DNA of 64,000 nucleotides, taken from the NCBI GenBank assembly GCA_963665615.2, contig CAXXQE010000006.1, positions 434,001 through 498,000 of the forward strand. Direction: 5' to 3'. A model generated the notes under the pieces. That model did no database searches. It worked only from the letters and a program-made list of their open reading frames with translations, and had not been told where the DNA came from. The stretch is from Syntrophales bacterium. GTDB taxonomy: Bacteria > Desulfobacterota > Syntrophia > Syntrophales > UBA4778. Position numbers and translations under genes: made by a program. How positions within the stretch are numbered: the first letter of the stretch is position 1; each line of letters begins with the position of its first letter. Shown piece by piece: positions 59,328 through 64,000 of the stretch.

Positions 59328-61283
59328 ATGATTTTAAAAAGTTTGCTTTCACCTGTTCAGATAGGAACGGTCGAGTTTAAAAACCGCGTCGTCATGCCGG
59401 CGATGCATACGGGGCTCGCCAACGAAGATGGCACGGTGTCGGAGGCTTATCTCGCCTACCTTAAGAGACGCGCGGAAAGCGGCGCAGGCCTTTATGTGAT
59501 TGAGATAGCGGAAGTGCACCCCTGGGGAGCACTAGGACCCCGCTGTTTCGGCATATGGGATGACAGCTTCGTTCCGGGATTGAAGAAGATAGCCGAGGTT
59601 ATCCATAATCAGGGCTCGAAAGTAGCCCTTCAGATACACCACGTCGGACGAGAAAGCGCCTATCCGATGATGAATAACGCAGCCGTCGCACCCTCCGCAG
59701 TGCCGAGTTATGTCTTTGGGGCTATGGGAACACCTCGCGAGATGAGCCTGGAGGACATCAAGGAGACCATCGCATCATTCGGCCAGGCCGCAAGACGCGT
59801 CAAAGAAGCAGGATTCGACATGGTTGAACTCCATGGGGCGCATGGTTACCTCCTCATGCAATTCCTTTCAGCGCATTCAAATAAGAGAACCGATCGCTAT
59901 GGCGGAGATTTCAGAGCGCGCTCCAGGTTCATGCTTGAATGCATCGAAGAAGCAAGAAAACAAGTCGGACCATTCTATCCCATATCCATCCGGATCTCCG
60001 GAGAAGAGCAGATAAAAGATGGTTATACGATAGACGACATGGTGACCATTGTTCCCGATTTGGTGAAGGCGGGCGCGAGCGTCATCGATGTGTCCTTCAG
60101 TACCTATGGTTGTGCCGACCTATTTATAGATACGCCGAGCGGCGTGGCACCCGTTGAGTATGACCAGGGCTTCAAAGCCAATCTTGCGCGCAGGATCAAA
60201 GAAGTAACCGATGTCCCCGTTATTTCCGTTGGCCGTTATACGGATCCCATACAGATGGATGACGTCATCGCCAGGGGCGATGCCGATCTCATTGCCGTGG
60301 GGCGTCAGCACCTCGCAGATCCAGTTTTTCTGAAAAACGCCATGGCGTGTCATTCCGAAGATACCGTGACTTGTATCGCATGCAATCAGGGATGCATCGA
60401 GCGCCTTGCCCTGGAGGAAAAAGCCATCCGATGTGCCATCAATCCTGAAACAGGTCAGGAACTGATTTATCCGCAGCGCATAACGAATCAAAAGAAAAAA
60501 ATATGGGTTGTCGGAGGCGGCCCATCGGGATTGACAGCTGCCTATGAAGCGCGCAGGATCGGCCATGAGGTGGCTCTGTTTGAAAAGGAAAAAGAAGTTG
60601 GGGGGCACGTGAGATATGCCGCCATGTCTCCTCATAAGGAAGTCTACCAGAAATGGATTGACGGGCTTTTGAGGCGATGCGAAAGGTCGGGCGTGGTTAT
60701 CAAAAGGGAGACAAGGGTTACGGATGAACTGATAGCACAATCCAGACCGGACGTTGTCATTCTGGCATCAGGGTCTGATCGGTCGAGCTGTCCGGTGGAA
60801 GGCATCGGGAAGTCAATCGTATGCGATGCGTGGCAGACCCTCAGCGGCGAAGTCAAATCAAAAGACAATGCTGTCATCATTGGCGCCGGTCTGGTAGGCT
60901 TGGAAACGGCCGATACCCTTTGTCAACGAGGCATAAAGCATATAACGGTGGTCGAAGCACTGGTCGATCCGCCTGTACCTAATGTTACAGCGCACGGCTA
61001 TATGCTTTACAAGCGATTGCAGGAAGGCGGCGTGACCATGATGTTTAATACGTTGGTTAAAAGCATTGAGGATGATGCAGTCATCGTTACAACGAATGGA
61101 GAAGAACGAAAGATAGGACCGGTCGATCAGGTCATCGTTGCCGTCGGGGTCAAGCCGAGACAGGAACTGAAAGAAACGTTACGGCAGTTGGATATTCGGC
61201 ATTTCATCGTGGGCGATGCGAAAGGAGCCAGACGCATCATGGAAGCAACGGAAGAAGGCGCTCAAGCTGCATGGAGTATATGA
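59328..61283 (+). CDS. NADH:flavin oxidoreductase (OYE-like TIM barrel + 4Fe-4S + FAD domain; FadH/BaiCD-like)
   Basis: NRVVMPAM, ELHGAHGYL, RTDRYGG, CIACNQGC..C, VVGGGPSG. Confidence 0.9.
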   Translation: MILKSLLSPVQIGTVEFKNRVVMPAMHTGLANEDGTVSEAYLAYLKRRAESGAGLYVIEIAEVHPWGALGPRCFGIWDDSFVPGLKKIAEVIHNQGSKVALQIHHVGRESAYPMMNNAAVAPSAVPSYVFGAMGTPREMSLEDIKETIASFGQAARRVKEAGFDMVELHGAHGYLLMQFLSAHSNKRTDRYGGDFRARSRFMLECIEEARKQVGPFYPISIRISGEEQIKDGYTIDDMVTIVPDLVKAGASVIDVSFSTYGCADLFIDTPSGVAPVEYDQGFKANLARRIKEVTDVPVISVGRYTDPIQMDDVIARGDADLIAVGRQHLADPVFLKNAMACHSEDTVTCIACNQGCIERLALEEKAIRCAINPETGQELIYPQRITNQKKKIWVVGGGPSGLTAAYEARRIGHEVALFEKEKEVGGHVRYAAMSPHKEVYQKWIDGLLRRCERSGVVIKRETRVTDELIAQSRPDVVILASGSDRSSCPVEGIGKSIVCDAWQTLSGEVKSKDNAVIIGAGLVGLETADTLCQRGIKHITVVEALVDPPVPNVTAHGYMLYKRLQEGGVTMMFNTLVKSIEDDAVIVTTNGEERKIGPVDQVIVAVGVKPRQELKETLRQLDIRHFIVGDAKGARRIMEATEEGAQAAWSI

Positions 61284-61308
61284 CCGCAACTAACAAAGGA
61301 GACAATAG

Positions 61309-61989
61309 ATGAAAGCAGTCATTCGTTGGAGCATCGTCGTATTGTTTTTTGTCGGCAGCATGGCCTATGCGGAAATGCCAAGGGGCGCATACCTGGAAGG
61401 GAGTTCGAAGGTAGGCGTCATCCTAGCGCACGGACAAGGCCTGGATCCCGATTCCAACGTTGTCGGGCCGTTGCGCAAAGCGATTAACAAGGAACTCGGT
61501 TTTTATACCCTGTCCCTTCAGATGCCTGTTCTGCTAGGACGAAAATCGGCGGACAAATTTCTGGAATACGTCCATACGTTCCCCGATGCCTACGACAGCA
61601 TTCAGGCGGGGATCGACTTTCTCAAAAAAGAAAAAGGCGTCGAACACATCTATCTCATGGGCTACAGCATGGGCGGCAGAATGACCACCGGATTTCTTGC
61701 AGAACACCCCGATAGCGGGATTGTCGGCTATATCGGGGTGGGATTGCTGGCGGGCGGGTCGGAACCGCTCAATAGCAATCTGAACCTTAAAAAAATCAAG
61801 TTGCCCGTAATAGACATTCATGCCGATAGCGGCCCTGACGCCAAGAGCGCAGAGTTCAGGAAACCCTTCGTGTCCAACCGCTATAAGCAGGTTGTCCTGG
61901 CTGGGGCAACCCACGATTATAGCGGCTACGAAGATCAGATTACCAGGGCGGTTATCGATTGGCTGAGGCTTCAAGAAGCAACCAGGTGA
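61309..61989 (+). CDS. Secreted alpha/beta hydrolase (DUF3530-like)
   Basis: Signal peptide; LAHG, GYSMGG nucleophile elbow, C-terminal HDY. Confidence 0.75.
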   Translation: MKAVIRWSIVVLFFVGSMAYAEMPRGAYLEGSSKVGVILAHGQGLDPDSNVVGPLRKAINKELGFYTLSLQMPVLLGRKSADKFLEYVHTFPDAYDSIQAGIDFLKKEKGVEHIYLMGYSMGGRMTTGFLAEHPDSGIVGYIGVGLLAGGSEPLNSNLNLKKIKLPVIDIHADSGPDAKSAEFRKPFVSNRYKQVVLAGATHDYSGYEDQITRAVIDWLRLQEATR

Positions 61990-62010
61990 AACACGACCCT
62001 CGAAGAGGAC

Positions 62011-62574
62011 TCAGCGCATCAACGAATGCGCCGCTTCTTCAGCCTGTTGCAGGATGCCTTCCGGAACCGCGACACCGGGGACCAGGCCACAGGCACGGAT
62101 CAGTCGTATATCGTTGAATCCCAGCATCGTTAAAAACATTTTATTGCGTTGAAAGACGTCGGCAAAAATTTTTTCATCCGGATTCCCCTGCGTGAGGATA
62201 AAAACGAGTTTTTTCGGCTCAAGGCGGCTTGGGCTCGAATTGGTTAAAAAATCAGGTTTGAAATACGAGAAGGTGCGATCCAAGTACGTTTTGTATTGTC
62301 CGGTGACATCTCCGAAATAAACGGGAGTTGCCAGCACGACGGCATCTGCCGTTCGTACCGCGTCCAACACCTCGGTCAGGTCGTCTTTTAACACGCAGTG
62401 GTCGAGAGTGGTCTTACAGGCGTGACATCCCTGACAGCCGCGGTAGGAAAGCTGGTTCAATTCATAGATTGCAGTCTCGGCGCCAAGGTCCTTAGCGGTG
62501 TCCGCTAACTGCCTTGCAATCGTGGCGCTGTTTCCTTTCGAACGCGGACTTCCGAGTATCGTTACAATTTTCAT
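62011..62574 (-). CDS. Flavodoxin-fold iron-sulfur flavoprotein
   Basis: GSPRSKGNS, CQGCHAC..C..KDD, TPVYFG. Confidence 0.88.
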   Translation of the reverse strand: MKIVTILGSPRSKGNSATIARQLADTAKDLGAETAIYELNQLSYRGCQGCHACKTTLDHCVLKDDLTEVLDAVRTADAVVLATPVYFGDVTGQYKTYLDRTFSYFKPDFLTNSSPSRLEPKKLVFILTQGNPDEKIFADVFQRNKMFLTMLGFNDIRLIRACGLVPGVAVPEGILQQAEEAAHSLMR

Positions 62575-62730
62575 GTCATGTTCCTTTCTGATGAATTTTT
62601 CCGTTCGCTTATCCCGCGACACGTCGCGGGGTAAGCAAGTGAATCACGACAAAACATTTTCCTTTAAAATCAGGGATTCACCAGGGTTTGCTCTGAGGAG
62701 TCCCTGATTTCATGAAACAAGTTGCGGAAC

Positions 62731-62759
62731 AATATAGCGGCACATGGGATGATTTGCAA
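62731..62759 (-). promoter_or_regulatory. Sigma70-like promoter of flavoprotein gene
   Basis: TTGCAA-N17-TATATT on minus strand. Confidence 0.4.
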
Positions 62760-62983
62760 GAATACGCCTGTCTTTGATTATAAACAAAGAAGGAGGCATG
62801 AAGATATTTCTTGCCCCCTTCTTGTAAAATATATTTTTGAGAATTTTGGGACTGTCGGATAATTTATCCGCAGTGCGTACTCGAAGAACTTGCGGCTAAA
62901 GAATAATCCCTCGATACCTGCAAACGTCAGCCGCACAAACGGCTCTCCTCTGCTTCAAGAGCACGGCAAATGTCTTCGCGCGT

Positions 62984-64000
62984 TTAAAGCGTTGCGGGCA
63001 GCATCGTCTCATCTTCGGAAGAACCCTCCTCAAACGCCACTGCGTCATCAGTAGCGCGACGATCCGATGCATCGAGATGCTCATCCGCCTGACTGCCGCC
63101 AATAACGTCGATCAATTCATCTACAAAATGTTTCATCTGCTGAGCCTGGGCTGTCATTTCTTCCGAAGCCGCAGCCGATTCCTCGGCATTGGCAACGTTT
63201 TGCTGGACAATTTTGTCTATTTCCATCACCGCCTTGTTAATCTGCTCAATGCCCCTCGCCTGCTCATTGGAAGATGACGTAATTTCTTCAACCAAGTCGG
63301 CCACTTCCTTGGAACCCTCTGAGACAAGCTTGAAGGCTTCGTTTGTCTTGTTGACTAACAACAAACCGCTTTTGGTCTGCTTGATGGTGTTTTCAATGAT
63401 AACTGCTGTGTTCCTGGCGGCATCCGCTGCGCGGATCGCCAGGCTCCGAACTTCATCCGCCACCACGGCAAATCCGGCTCCTGCAGAACCTGCTCTGGCA
63501 GCCTCTACAGCGGCGTTAAGGGCAAGCAGATTGGTCTGAAACGCAATCTCATCGATCGTTTTAACAATCCGTCCGGTTTCTTCGCTGGCCTTTGTAATGT
63601 CTTTAATAAAGACATTCAACTCAGTTATTGCCTGACCGGTTTCTTCGACGACTTTGCTGTTGCCTTGGATTAACGCATTGGCCTGATTAGCATTATCGGC
63701 ATTCCTTCGCGTCATGGTGGCCATCTCTTCCATAGAAGACGAGGTCTCCTCGAGGCTGGCCGCCTGATCGGTCGCATCATGGGCAAGCGCCTGACTCGAC
63801 GAAGACACCTCTCCCGCCGCCGCAGCCACTTGATCGGCCGCATCGGTAAGACCGGCGGCGACGCGGTTAATGGGTTTCACGATCCCCTTGGAAAGAAAAT
63901 ATGCAATGGTAACGCCCAAAATAAGGCCAATGCTTCCAAACAAGAGCATCCAGAAGCTGCCGAGCAGCATATTTTCGCGTTTTGCATCGGCAATCGTTTT
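62984..64000 (-). CDS. Methyl-accepting chemotaxis protein (5' end outside window)
   Basis: [34 protein letters not shown]2; [11 protein letters not shown]. Confidence 0.95.
   Translation of the reverse strand, partial: KTIADAKRENMLLGSFWMLLFGSIGLILGVTIAYFLSKGIVKPINRVAAGLTDAADQVAAAAGEVSSSSQALAHDATDQAASLEETSSSMEEMATMTRRNADNANQANALIQGNSKVVEETGQAITELNVFIKDITKASEETGRIVKTIDEIAFQTNLLALNAAVEAARAGSAGAGFAVVADEVRSLAIRAADAARNTAVIIENTIKQTKSGLLLVNKTNEAFKLVSEGSKEVADLVEEITSSSNEQARGIEQINKAVMEIDKIVQQNVANAEESAAASEEMTAQAQQMKHFVDELIDVIGGSQADEHLDASDRRATDDAVAFEEGSSEDETMLPATL

Overview
Chromosomal, GC-rich window from an anaerobic Desulfobacterota/Syntrophales-like bacterium (taxonomy inferred from gene content). 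It holds about 58 protein genes, including nadE, dprA-topA-trmFO, copZA, sod-glk-pgi, rnd, and an fprA-rubredoxin-thioredoxin unit whose rubredoxin is missing from the ORF track. I found no rRNA, tRNA, CRISPR array or transposase. Two things stand out. (1) A self-contained 10-gene type II fatty-acid-synthase-like operon (fabD, acyl-CoA dehydrogenase, fabH, fabA, fabG, fabZ, fabF, ACP with an NSA motif, acyltransferase, PPTase). It has no recognisable enoyl reductase and is preceded by a sigma54-type promoter with enhancer-like palindromes. (2) Highly structured intergenic DNA: polarised degenerate 7-/8-mer tandem arrays at most gene boundaries, often as nested inverted arms, plus three families of MITE/REP-like elements that nest inside one another, one of them fused in frame into a gene. 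Four genes carry extra-base frameshifts that are most likely consensus errors. All family assignments come from motif recognition by eye, not database searches.
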